Assembly: GCA_963771175.1 (NCBI GenBank)
Contig: CAVYSY010000021.1
Span: 160,001-224,000, forward strand
DNA: 64,000 nucleotides
Direction of reading: 5' to 3'
From: an uncultured delta proteobacterium
Lineage (GTDB): Bacteria > Myxococcota > Myxococcia > Myxococcales > Myxococcaceae
Shown here: positions 28,457-39,298 of the stretch, piece by piece
How positions within the stretch are numbered: the first letter of the stretch is position 1
Layout: each line of letters starts with the position of its first letter
Made by a program: the position numbers and the translations under genes
Notes under the pieces: generated by a model
Seen by the model: the letters and a program-made list of their open reading frames with translations, nothing else
Databases searched by the model: none
What the model was told of the DNA's origin: nothing

Positions 28457-31242
28457 ATGGCCGACGACACTACCGACAAGCCGGCAACTCCCCCCGTTCC
28501 TCCCGCTCCGGGTAGCGTGGGCGAGCTCATCCCCGTCAACATCGAAGACGAGATGCGCCGCTCGTATCTCGACTACTCGATGTCCGTCATCATCGGGCGC
28601 GCGCTGCCCGACGTGCGTGACGGCCTCAAGCCCGTGCATCGCCGCGTCCTCTACGCGATGAACGACCTGGGCAACTACCACAACCGCGCCTACAAGAAGA
28701 GCGCGCGCGTGGTGGGTGACGTGATTGGTAAGTACCACCCCCACGGCGACACCGCCGTCTACGACGCCATGGTGCGCCTGGCCCAGGAGTGGAGCCTTCG
28801 CTACCTGCTCGTGGATGGTCAGGGCAACTTCGGCTCGGTCGACGGCGATTCCCCCGCCGCCATGCGCTACACGGAAGTGCGCATGGACCGTCTGGCCGAG
28901 GAGATGCTGACGGACATCGACAAGGAGACCGTCGACTTCGGTCCCAACTACGACGACTCCACCGTCGAGCCGCTCGTCCTCCCCACCAAGTTCCCCAACC
29001 TCCTGGTCAACGGCAGCACGGGCATCGCGGTGGGCATGACCACCAACATCCCGCCGCACAACATGTCCGAGGTGCTCGACGGGACGCTGCACCTCATCGA
29101 CCACCCCGAGGCCACCGTCCGGGACCTGATGCAGTTCATCCCCGGGCCGGACTTCCCCACCGCCGGCATCATCACCGGCCGCGAGGGCATCATCCGCGCC
29201 TACGAGACGGGCCGCGGGCAGATCACCATCCGTGCCCGCACGGAGATCGAGACCTCCAAGAAGGGCGACCGTGAGAGCATCATCGTCACGGAGATTCCCT
29301 ACCAGGTGAACAAGGCGCGGCTCATCGAGAAGATCGCCGACCTGGTGCGCGAGAAGAAGCTGGAGGGCATCAGCGACATCCGCGACGAGAGCGACCGTGC
29401 AGGGCATGCGCATCGTCGTCGAGCTCAAGCGCGATGCCATCGCCGGGGTGGTGCTCAACAATCTGTTCGCCACCACCCCGATGGAGACCACCTTCGGGGC
29501 GGTGATGCTGGCCATCGACGCGGGCCAGCCGCGCACGCTCACCCTCAAGGAGCTGCTGGACCGGTTCATCTCGCACCGCCGCGACGTGGTGACGCGCCGC
29601 AGCCGCTTCGAGCTGCGCAAGGCTCGCGCCCGCCGCCACATCGTCGAGGGCTTGCTCGTCGCGCAGGACCTCATCGACCTGGTGGTGAGCCTGATCCGCG
29701 CCTCGAAGGATCCGGACGAGGCACGCTGGGGCTTGATGAACATCCTGTCGCCCGCGCTCTACGAGCACGAGCGCTTCAAGAACCTGCAGCGCATCGACTA
29801 CGAGAAGGCCAAGGCGCAGATGGAGATGCTCGTCTCGCGCGCGCGCGCCGAGGTGCCGAGCTACTCCGGGCCTGGAGCACCGCTACGAGGGCTCGGGCTT
29901 CAGCGAGGAGCAGGCGAAGAACATCCTCGAGATGCGCCTGCAGCGCCTCACCGGCCTGCAGCGCGAGGAGCTGTTCCGCGAGTTGGTGGACCTGGTGAAG
30001 GAGATCCTCCGCCTGGAGGACATCCTCGGCAACGAGAACAGCCTGCTCAACGTCATCAAGACGGAGCTCCAGGAGATCCGCGAGCGCTATGGCGACAAGC
30101 GGCGCACCGAGCTGGCCGGCGCGGCGGAGGAGATCACCAGCGAGGACCTCATCGCCGAGGAGACGATGGTGGTCACGCTGTCGCACACGGGCTACGTGAA
30201 GCGCTCGCCGCTCTCCGAGTACCGGGCGCAGAAGCGCGGTGGCCGAGGCAAGACGGGGGCGACGACGAAGGAGGACGATTTCGTCACCGACCTCTTCGTG
30301 GCGAGCACGCACGCCTACCTGATGCCCATTACGAACAAGGGCCGGCTGTACTCGCTGAAGGTGCACGAGATTCCGCTGGCGGGCCGCACCTCGCGCGGCA
30401 AGGCCATCGTGAACCTGGTGCAGTTCGGCGAGGGCGAGCGGCTGGCGCAGGTGCTGGTGACGCGGGAGTTCGTCGAGAACCAGTTCGTCTTCTTCGTGAC
30501 CAAGCGCGGCGTGGTGAAGCGCACGGACCTGTCGTCGTTCGCCAACGTGCGCTCCAGCGGCATCATCGCGCTGGGCATCGATGACGGGGACGAGCTCGTC
30601 GCGGTGAAGATTACGGACGGCACGAAGGACATCCTGCTGTCCACGGCCACCGGCATGAGCATCCGCTTCCCGGAGAGCGAAGTGCGCTCGATGGGGCGGC
30701 AGGCCTACGGCGTGAAGGGCATCACCCTGGAGGACGGCGACGAGGTGGTGGGCGCGGACGTGGTGGAGAAGGACACCACCATCCTCACGGTGACGGAGAA
30801 CGGCTACGGCAAGCGGACGGAGGAGGGCGAGTACCGTCAGCAGGGCCGCGGCGGCAAGGGCATCATCGACATCAAGACCACCGAGCGGAACGGCAAGGTG
30901 GTGGGCCTGGTCCAGGTGACGGACAAGGACGAGGTGATGCTGGTCACCAACGGCGGGATGCTCATCCGCATGAAGGCGAAGGAGATCTCCGTCATCGGCC
31001 GCAACACGCAGGGCGTGCGGCTGATCGCGCTGGAGAGCGCGGAGGAGAAGGTGACGGGCATCTCGAAGCTGCCGGAGTCCGACGAGGAGGGCGAGGAGAA
31101 CGGCGGCGAGACCGTGACGCCGGTCGAGGCGTCGGCGGAGTCGTCCGAGACCGCGCCGGTCGCCGAGGAGCAGGCCACCCAGGAGCCGGGTGCGGAGGAG
31201 TCGCCGTCGTCCGACTCCGAACCGGAGCCCGAGGCGAGCTGA
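28457..31242 (+). CDS. gyrA: DNA gyrase subunit A, apparent frameshifts near 29400 and 29870
   Basis: [29 protein letters not shown] (catalytic Tyr), GyrA box QKRGGRG, pinwheel repeats, acidic tail. Confidence 0.97.
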
Positions 31243-31500
31243 GGCATCACCCACCGGGTGAAGGTGCCATGGGTCTCGAGTTGAACCCGTGGCACCCCTG
31301 AGAGGGCTGGAGCGAGGGTCTTCCCTCCTCCGGCCCTCTTCGCGTTTTCAGTCATGACTTCGGGCTCCCATTGCTGGACCCTGCATCCCGAAGCGGAGAC
31401 GGTGAGGGGGGCTGCCCGCGCTGCAAGTGTTCGGACTCTGGGGCGAAGTGGGCGGCATGCCGGCTGCACGACCTGCGGAGACCTCTCTCACGGAGCCCAC

Positions 31501-32190
31501 ATGGATCCCGTCTCCTCGCGCAGCTCTCAGACCGTCTCCACCGCTGTTGATTCACCGGATGCGTCTTCCTTACCCGCAGTAGCGAAGGAGGGCGGCGTCA
31601 GAACCAGCAACCCATCCTCATCCGGGATGGCGAGCAACATCGTCGAGAGTTATCTCGCCCAGCCGCGTGATGCCCAGGAGCCGCTCTGCCGTTCGCCGTC
31701 CCAGCCATTCAGCCGAGCGGACACTCCACAAGGAGAGGAGCTGAAGCTGCTGGAGATGCTCCGCGCTCGGCGGAATGAGCAGGCCGCGGCGGCGCTCGGT
31801 CGTGGCGTGGAACTCTGCAAGCGCACCGCGGACCTACCCGGCGCTCGCGAGCTCGATGTGAAGCACCATTGGTTGCGCACTGCCACGAAAGAAGCTGGCA
31901 TGGGACCAGCGGACGGAGGTGTTCCCGGCAATCGGATGGACTTGCCTTACGTGACGCAGACGCAGATCAACGATCACACCGGTCAGGGCCAGCTCGCTGG
32001 ATCCACTTGCGAGCGTGTCCCCGAGCAGGACGTGGCGTGTGTCAATCGTGAGCTGGAACAGGGAAAACCGCTCGGAGCTTGGACTCCCACCAACAACTGC
32101 CAGACCTTCGCTGCGGATGTACTCGAGCGCTGCTCGACGAAGGTACCGCCCCTGCCGGATACGCGCAGGCTCCACCCGGGTAAGATTTAG
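31501..32190 (+). CDS. Hypothetical protein with a possible permuted papain-like (His...NC) C-terminal domain
   Basis: KHHWLRT...EAGMGP...WTPTNNCQTFAADVL; atypical codon usage. Confidence 0.55.
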   Translation: MDPVSSRSSQTVSTAVDSPDASSLPAVAKEGGVRTSNPSSSGMASNIVESYLAQPRDAQEPLCRSPSQPFSRADTPQGEELKLLEMLRARRNEQAAAALGRGVELCKRTADLPGARELDVKHHWLRTATKEAGMGPADGGVPGNRMDLPYVTQTQINDHTGQGQLAGSTCERVPEQDVACVNRELEQGKPLGAWTPTNNCQTFAADVLERCSTKVPPLPDTRRLHPGKI

Positions 32191-32214
32191 AGCCGGAGCT
32201 TTGGAGGAACCACC

Positions 32215-32496
32215 ATGAATGCTCCACACGTGCGGCGGAAGATGCTCGGCCTCTGGCTTTCCGTGCTGCTCCTGGTGCTTGGGCTGTTCTGGGGCTGGAG
32301 TGCGATGAGCATGGCCGCGCTTTATGTGCCCCACTGCCCCACCTTCTCCTTGGATGCGCCGGTGCCTGGATGCCGGCACCCGGTCCAAGGACTTCTGGGC
32401 GGTGGTGTGATGGCTGGAGCGGGGTTGCTCGGCTGCCTGTGGGCTGGGTACCAGCGTTGGAGGTACGCTCAGGGTTCCGTGACATCCCGCTCGTAG
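32215..32496 (+). CDS. Small two-TM protein
   Basis: GGAGG RBS; two hydrophobic helices with a Cys pair in the loop. Confidence 0.5.
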   Translation: MNAPHVRRKMLGLWLSVLLLVLGLFWGWSAMSMAALYVPHCPTFSLDAPVPGCRHPVQGLLGGGVMAGAGLLGCLWAGYQRWRYAQGSVTSRS

Positions 32497-32688
32497 CTGT
32501 GAGCGGACTCTGGTTGCGCGCCCCCTTCCCTTCAGGGCAGGGCCTCTGTGTGGGGCCGCACGAAAACCTCCCCGGAGTCCCAATCGCATCGTCCGGCCCC
32601 AGACGGTCAGCCCGGCCTTGCCTCAATCCTTAAGTTCTGGAGGCAGGCACGTACTTGCTTTCGAGTGGCCTGCTGAGGGGGGTCTGAC

Positions 32689-34296
32689 ATGCGTTCTTTC
32701 CTGCTGCTGGCCGTGGCTGGAGTCATGGCCCTCGCGGCCTGTGGCGTGTCCGTGGAGCAGCCACCCGTTTCCGCGGCTCCTCGGGCCTCGCTCCAACCGG
32801 AGCGTCGCGGCATCGGCCTGCTGCCGCTGGAGGGCACCCGGACGATGCCGAAGTCGGCGTCAGAGGCAGATGAGCCAGTGCCAGAGGTGAGCCTGGACGC
32901 TCGGCGCTCGCTGGCGGTGACGGATGAGGTCATCCTCGCGCGCTTCAGCTTCGAGGAGGTGATGAACCGGCTCGCGGAGCAGAGCGGCATCCCGGGCCTG
33001 ACGGGGCTGCGGCTCTACCAGGAGTGGTGGGACTCGCAGCGGCCGGCGCCGGGGCTGGGGCTGGGCGGGCCGCACTGCGATGACCAGAAACTCCCGGACG
33101 GGCTGCCGGGCTTCAATGGCTTCACCTATGCCTGCCCACGCGGGGAGGGCCTCCAGGCGGAGGAGAATCCGTTCCTCGAGCCCGGCACCAACCCCGCGGC
33201 CTACGTGCCCATCGGGCTCTTCAATCGCTTCGACCTGGCGGCGCAGGACGGGAGTGACTGCGGGGAGTACCGCATCGTCTTCGCGCGCCGATCGGGCATC
33301 TCCAACGCGCGAAGCCGCAACCTCATCGCTTTCGAGGGGGTTCTGCCCAACCCGAAGCCGAAGAAGGGGGTCCTCGGGTGCCGCAAGCTGGTGCGTTTCT
33401 GGGCCGAGCTCTCCCAGGAGCCGGACGCGGCGGTGCGTGCCGAGGCCTTGCACCGCTTCTACTTCGAGGGGCTCGGCGGTCACATCCCGCCCGTCATCCA
33501 CATCGACAATTACGGCAACGCCACGGACCGCTCCACCGGGCAGGTGCGCACCAACCAGTTCATGCAGTCCACCTGGACGCTGCGCGAGTTCCGCCTGCGC
33601 AAGCGCTGCACCGGTGACTCGTGCGTGATGCGCTTCGAGCCGGACACGGTGAAGACCAACCCGGCCGGCGTGCTCTTCAGCGCGGAGGCGAGCCACCCGC
33701 TGAAGGCGGACTTCTCGGCGGCGTTCCTGGACCAGGTGGAGGCGCTGGCGACCCAAGACGTGCTCCGCTACACCATGGCGATCGAGGAGCGCTTCAACAG
33801 CGGGCAGAGCCACTCGAGTGGCACGGAGAACCTCTACGTCCACCAGTTCGGCAACGGCCAGAGCTCGCTCCAGACGAAGCTCCAGCAGCGGCTCAATGAC
33901 CTGGGCAGCTCGCTCACTCCGGTGAACATCGTCGCGCGTGCGCAGACGCTCTCCTGCGCGGGTTGCCACCAACTCAGCACTGGCGCGAACCTCGGGGGCG
34001 GGCTCACCTGGCCCTCCAAGTCCACCCGCTTCACCTTCGTCCACGTGAGCGAGCGCACGCTGGAGGAGGGCCCGGACGGCCCACGCTACGGGCTCTCGGA
34101 GTCGCTGGCGGGCACCTTCCTCCCCTTCCGACAGCAACTGATGGAGGCCTTCCTCGCGAGGCGCCCTCCCTTCGACAAGCACCCGGACGACGACATCTGC
34201 TCCAGCCCGGATGCTCCCAAGGGGAGGGGCGAGAAGAAGGACAAGCCGGGCAAGGGCAAGCCCCCCAAGAATTCGTGCGAGGACGAGGACGACTGA
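32689..34296 (+). CDS. Lipoprotein with a single CxxCH haem-c motif
   Basis: Lipobox LAAC; LSCAGCHQ; NRFDLA..DCGEYRIVF. Confidence 0.75.
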   Translation: MRSFLLLAVAGVMALAACGVSVEQPPVSAAPRASLQPERRGIGLLPLEGTRTMPKSASEADEPVPEVSLDARRSLAVTDEVILARFSFEEVMNRLAEQSGIPGLTGLRLYQEWWDSQRPAPGLGLGGPHCDDQKLPDGLPGFNGFTYACPRGEGLQAEENPFLEPGTNPAAYVPIGLFNRFDLAAQDGSDCGEYRIVFARRSGISNARSRNLIAFEGVLPNPKPKKGVLGCRKLVRFWAELSQEPDAAVRAEALHRFYFEGLGGHIPPVIHIDNYGNATDRSTGQVRTNQFMQSTWTLREFRLRKRCTGDSCVMRFEPDTVKTNPAGVLFSAEASHPLKADFSAAFLDQVEALATQDVLRYTMAIEERFNSGQSHSSGTENLYVHQFGNGQSSLQTKLQQRLNDLGSSLTPVNIVARAQTLSCAGCHQLSTGANLGGGLTWPSKSTRFTFVHVSERTLEEGPDGPRYGLSESLAGTFLPFRQQLMEAFLARRPPFDKHPDDDICSSPDAPKGRGEKKDKPGKGKPPKNSCEDEDD

Positions 34297-34391
34297 GGAC
34301 ACTCGGGATGGGGCCGCTTGCCCCACGAGTGGCCGGGCGCCTACGGTGGAGGGGTCGCAATGGACCTCAGCCTCCATCCGTAGGAGGGAAC

Positions 34392-34694
34392 ATGAACGTT
34401 GCAGGCCTTCGAGCGATGGGGACCCGGTTCTTCCGCTACGTGCGTGACCCGCGCGTGCCGCTGTGGCGGAGGCTCGCGGGGTTGTTTGCCGTCATCTACT
34501 TCGTGTCGCCGTTGGACGCGCTGCCGGACATCCTGCCCATCCTGGGCTGGCTGGACGACATCGGCGTGCTGTCCGCGGCCGCCTTCTTCATGGTGCGCGA
34601 GGTGCAGCGCTATCAGCCGGAGCAGGGGTGGCCGCACAAGGTGGCCCCGGTGGACGAGGGCCAGGCCGCCATCCCCCCGCTCCGCGAGCGCTGA
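34392..34694 (+). CDS. YkvA/DUF1232 membrane protein
   Basis: YFVSPLDALPDILPILGWLDD; AGGAGG RBS. Confidence 0.88.
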   Translation: MNVAGLRAMGTRFFRYVRDPRVPLWRRLAGLFAVIYFVSPLDALPDILPILGWLDDIGVLSAAAFFMVREVQRYQPEQGWPHKVAPVDEGQAAIPPLRER

Positions 34695-34787
34695 GCTCGG
34701 CGGAAACTCCTCCTCGCCCTCCGGGAGAGCGGGACGGGATGAGACCCGTCCCCATGCTTCCCCTCCCGGAGGCCCGAGGGACTCCGA

Positions 34788-37377
34788 CTACCGCGTCGCC
34801 AGCGCGTCCACGTGCTGGCGCAGGGCCACTTCATTCTCCAGCCGCGAGCTGAGCCCGGTGATGGGCTGCGCGGCCTGGGCGATGCGCCCGCGCGTCCGCG
34901 GGCCCGCGGCCACGAGCCACGCCACGCCGAGGGCGAGCTCGGCCACCTCGGGTGCACCCCCGAGCTCGGGCACGAGCGCGAGCAGCGCCTCCACGGCCTT
35001 CTTCACCTGCGCGCCGTGCAGTGCATGGCTGCTGGTGATGCCCTGGCGCAGCAGCTCCAGCAGGGCGAGCGCGGTGGCACGGGCCTGGCGCACGGGCTCG
35101 GGGCCCGTGCCGGTGCCCGCCCACAGGCCACTGGCGAGCTGCTTCTCGAGCAGGCCCACTCCACCGTCGGCGGCGACCGACTCCTCGGCGACCCCCTGCT
35201 CCCTACGAACCGAGAACTGATCCGCCTGCTCCAAGAGGGCTTCATCGTCGTAGCTCGAGACATCCGCGGAGGCGACGATCTCCTGGGGCTCGGGCGCCGC
35301 CTTGTCCTTGAACAGGCCGCCGAGGAATCCGCCCTTCTTCTTCTTCTCCGCCTCCATGCGAGCCGGAGCGGCGGGCGCCGGGGGCGGGGGCGCGTACGAG
35401 GCGGAGGCCGGAGCGGCGGCCATGGGCATGGGCCGGGCAGGAGCCGGAGGCGGTGCACCCATGGGGAAGCCCGGGGCCGAGGCCTTCTGGAGCTTCGGAG
35501 CCGCCCTGCTGCGACGCACCGCTCCACCCGAGGAGGGCGGGAGCGCGGCGCCCTCCGCCTCCTCCTTGGCCGTGCCGAACATGGCCCAGCCGGCCGGGGC
35601 ATGGACGGGGACGACGCGCGTCTCCGGCTGGCCCGAGGCGCGGCGCTCGCCGGTGCGCTCCTCCACCACCACGAAGGAGGTGTACTGCGTCACGATGCCG
35701 TGCGCGAGCGCGAGCTGGACGATGCGCTCCTTGAGGGCCTGGGCGCGCCGGCCCACGAGCGCGGCGTCCTGCCAGGCGCGGATGCGCTCGGCGGCCCACA
35801 GCTTCTCCACCGCGGGCCGGTCGCTCTCGGCGGGGAAGCTCACGGGGATGGAGAGCGAGAACGTCTCCGCCCCGGACTTGCCCTTGAGCACCACCTTGCC
35901 CGTGCCGGGCGTGGTGTAGCGGCCGAAGAGGCTCCACGGCGTGCCGTCCACGAGCTGCGGCGGCTCGGCGGGGGCCAGCTCCGTGGCCTCCACGCCCTCG
36001 AAGCGCACCTCCACGCCGGTGACGCGGGGCGCGAGCGCGCGGGAGAACTGGGCCACCACCTTGTCGTCGATGCGCTCGCCGGGGTGGATGAACTCCACCG
36101 CGCCGCCCGTCTGCCGGGCCATGTCCTTGAGCAGCACGTCACTCACGTTGGTGCCGATGCCGAAGGAGTAGATGCGCGCCGTCTGCCGCGCCCCCATCAC
36201 CGCGTTGAGGATTTCGGACTCGTTGCCCACCTGGCCGTCGGTGAGGAGCACCACCACGCCGTCCGGCACGGCCCGCACCGCGGCCTGCATGGGCTGGAGC
36301 AGCTCGGTGCCACCGTCGGCGTGCAGCGCGGCCACCCAGCGGTCGGCCTGCTCCAGCGTCTTCTGGGTGAAGGTGACGGGCTCGGGCGAGAAGAGGCGGA
36401 TAGGAGTTCTCGAAGGCGATGATGTTGAAGCGGTCACCCTCGCGCAGGTGGCGCAGGCACAGACGGAGCGCGCCCTGGGCCTGGGGGAGGCTCTCGCCGC
36501 CCATGGAGCCGGAGGTGTCCACCACGAACACCACCTCCTGGCGCTTGGGGCCCGCGGCCATGCCCAGCAGGTCCGGCACCACGGTGAGGGCGAAGGTGCC
36601 AGGGCCCTCGCCCTTGCGGTGGGTGACGAGCGTGGTGAGCGGGGTGCTCGTGTCCGGGCTGCGCACGCTGAGCACGATGTCCCGGTCCAGCGCCACGTTC
36701 GGCTGGGAGAGCTTCACGCGCGTGCCGCCCTCGGCGCGCGAGACGTCCAGCTTGTGCGAGGGGCTCTCCACCACCACCTCGCGGCCGAGCGAGATGAGCA
36801 GGTCCATCGTGAGGCCGTAGCGCGCGTCGCCCACGGGCGGGGTGATGCGGTCCGCGTCGGGTACGCGGTCGGTGGGGTCGGCCGCGCCGTGGGCGGTGCG
36901 ATCGCCCTGGGGCTTGCCGGGGATGTAGCGGGGGGCGACGAGGGTGGGCAGGGCCCAGCGCACGCAGCCCTCCTCCACCTGGATGGCCTGGAGGAACTCC
37001 ACGTCCACCAGCGTCTCCTCGCCGGGCAGCAGGTTGCCCACCTGGGCGGTGAAGACGTTGGGGCGCTCCTGGTCGAGCAGCGCGGCGCCGTGGCCGGCCG
37101 TCACCGCGTCGTCATAGGTGCGGAAGGCCTCCTCGCGCTCCTTGAGGATGCCCTGCACGCGGCGCCCGGCGCACTCCATGGAGAAGGCGGTGAGGGTGGC
37201 GTCCGAGGGGAGGGGAAAGACGTAGACGGCCTCGACCGGCTTGGACTCGGTGTTGCGGTAGCGCTGGCGCACGCGCACCCGGGCGTGACCTCCGAGAAGC
37301 TCACCCGTGACGTCCACGCCCTGAAGGGGGACCTGCGCACCGCTCTGCGTGTACAGCCCTGCCTTGACGTTCTCCAT
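34788..37377 (-). CDS. VIT + vWA domain protein, frameshift near 36410
   Basis: EAVYVFPLP (VIT), VFVVDTSGSMGG (MIDAS), GGTELL, LLTDGQV, FGIG, YTSFVVVEER. Confidence 0.88.
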
Positions 37378-37381
37378 GGCT

Positions 37382-37876
37382 CTACCTTTCCTGGGACTTC
37401 TGGATGAGGGCGCGCACGCGTTCGGCGAGCGCCCGGGTCTTCTCGTCCGCCGTGTCGGCGAGGTGCAGCTCCAGCCCCGGCGCCAGCTCCCATCGGCGCC
37501 AGCTTGTCACCCCATCGGATGGGGAGACAGACGCCTCGGCCTTGGCCGGACTCCTGGGGAGGACGGGCTCGGGGGCCGCGGGGGCGGGGGCCGCGGGGCT
37601 TTCGGGTTCGGTCTCGCCGAGCGCCTTCAGCTCGTCGGGACCCAGCCGCGTCAGCTCCACCTGGATGGCATCGAGCGGGAGGAACTTCGCCTGCAGGGCC
37701 CGGATGGCCTTGAGGCGCAGCAGGTGCTCCTCCCCATAGACGGTGTCCGGCCCCTTGAAGGGCGGGGCGGGCAGCAGCCCGCGCTGGACGTAATAGCGCA
37801 CGGTCCGCGGGGACACGCCCGCCTCCTCGGCCAGCTCCGTCAGCTTCCACTCCTTGCGTGTCGTTGTCGTGCTCAC
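37382..37876 (-). CDS. MerR-type HTH transcriptional regulator
   Basis: LTELAEEAGVSPRTVRYYVQRGLLP...YGEEHLLRLKAIR. Confidence 0.88.
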   Translation of the reverse strand: MSTTTTRKEWKLTELAEEAGVSPRTVRYYVQRGLLPAPPFKGPDTVYGEEHLLRLKAIRALQAKFLPLDAIQVELTRLGPDELKALGETEPESPAAPAPAAPEPVLPRSPAKAEASVSPSDGVTSWRRWELAPGLELHLADTADEKTRALAERVRALIQKSQER

Positions 37877-37883
37877 GGGACTG

Positions 37884-37912
37884 ACAGTAGGACTCGACAG
37901 TCGTTGTGTCAA
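37884..37912 (-). promoter_or_regulatory. Sigma70-type promoter for the HTH/VIT operon
   Basis: Minus strand TTGACA-N17-TACTGT, 7 nt before the GTG start at 37876. Confidence 0.65.
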
Positions 37913-38017
37913 GTCGTCACTGGTGATTCGTCACTGTCATGAAGACACTGGCGGGATGTAGGAGGCCAGGCGAGCAGGCTTGCACCGGGCGGAGTCGGGT
38001 GGGACAGAAGAGGGCCT

Positions 38018-38514
38018 ATGGACCAGACAGGCGGCGTGGACCTCTCCTCCATCCGGGTCATCGGGGCGGCGGTGACGCCAGCGGTGATGGTGTCCGCGTG
38101 CGGCATCCTGGCCACGGGGCTGGACAACCAGATTGCCCGGATGACGTCCCGTATGCGCGAGATGCTGCGCGAGTGGCGCTCGCTGCCGGAGGACCACCCG
38201 CGACGCGAGATGCTGCGCGAGGAGGTGGCCATCCTGGACCGGCGGCACCTGCTGCTGGCGCGGGCGATGGGGATGGCCTACGGGGCGCTCATCTCGTTCG
38301 TGGTGACGTCGCTGCTCTACCTGACGCAGCGGCGCTTCGCCGTGCCGGAGGTGCTGCCGGTGTTGTCGTTCTCGGTGGGCGTGGTGCTGCTGGGGTGCAT
38401 CGCGCTGTTCGCGCTGGCGTCGCTGCGGCTCGGACGGGACGCCATCGCGCTGGAGAAGCGCGAGATGTTCATGGACGCCGACGTGCCCGTGCCCACGGGC
38501 GAGCGGCGGGATGA
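38018..38514 (+). CDS. DUF2721-family membrane protein; true stop probably obscured by an indel near 38510
   Basis: IGAAVTPAVMVSACGIL...RMREM...LDRRHLL plus TM helices; the readthrough to 39880 is antisense to slipin/nfeD. Confidence 0.72.
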
Positions 38515-38536
38515 GCGCCTTCGTGCCCTGAGGCGC

Positions 38537-39298
38537 TCACTTCGGCTGCACGCCGAGCGCGCGCATCAAATCCAGGGGGATGGGGATGATGGTCTGGTTG
38601 CCACCCCCGGTGATCTCCACCAGCGTCTGCAGGTAGCGGAGCTGGAGGGTGATGGGGTTGCGGTTGAGCACCTCGGCGGCCAGGGAGAGCTTCTCGGCGG
38701 CCTGGTGCTCGCCCTCGGCGGCGATGATCTTCGCGCGCCGCTCGCGCTCGGCCTCGGCCTGCCGGGCGATGGCGCGCTGCATCTCCACCGGCAGGTCGAT
38801 GTGCTTCACCTCCACGTTGGAGACCTTGATGCCCCACGGGTCCGTGTGCGCATCGAGCACCTTCTGGATCTCCCGGTTGACGCGGTCGCGCTCGGAGAGG
38901 AGCTGGTCCAGCTCCACCTGCCCGAGGATGGCGCGCAGGGTGGTCTGCGCGAGCTGGCTGGTGGCATAGAGGTAGTCCTCCACCTGGAGCACGGCCTTGT
39001 CGGCGTGGATGACGCGGAAGTAGACGACGGCGTTCACCTTCACGCTGACGTTGTCCTTGGTGATGACGTCCTGCGGGGGCACGTCTCGCGCGACGGTGCG
39101 CATGTCGATGATGACGATGCGCTCGACGAAGGGGATGATCCACCGGAAGCCGGCGCGCTTGAGGCCCACGAAGCGGCCGAGCCGGAAGACGACGCCGCTC
39201 TCGTACTCGTTGACGATGCGCACGCCGGAGAGGAAGACGAGCACGAGGAGCCCCAGCGGGATGATCAGCCCGAGGGCTCCGAAGATGGTGTCTTTCAT
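38537..39298 (-). CDS. Slipin/SPFH (stomatin-like) protein
   Basis: [50 protein letters not shown]. Confidence 0.93.
   Translation of the reverse strand: MKDTIFGALGLIIPLGLLVLVFLSGVRIVNEYESGVVFRLGRFVGLKRAGFRWIIPFVERIVIIDMRTVARDVPPQDVITKDNVSVKVNAVVYFRVIHADKAVLQVEDYLYATSQLAQTTLRAILGQVELDQLLSERDRVNREIQKVLDAHTDPWGIKVSNVEVKHIDLPVEMQRAIARQAEAERERRAKIIAAEGEHQAAEKLSLAAEVLNRNPITLQLRYLQTLVEITGGGNQTIIPIPLDLMRALGVQPK

Noticed and set aside
32645..32659. Sigma54-like GGCACG...TTGC
   Set aside because: GG-to-GC spacing is 9 rather than 10 nt; valid only if a base is missing.
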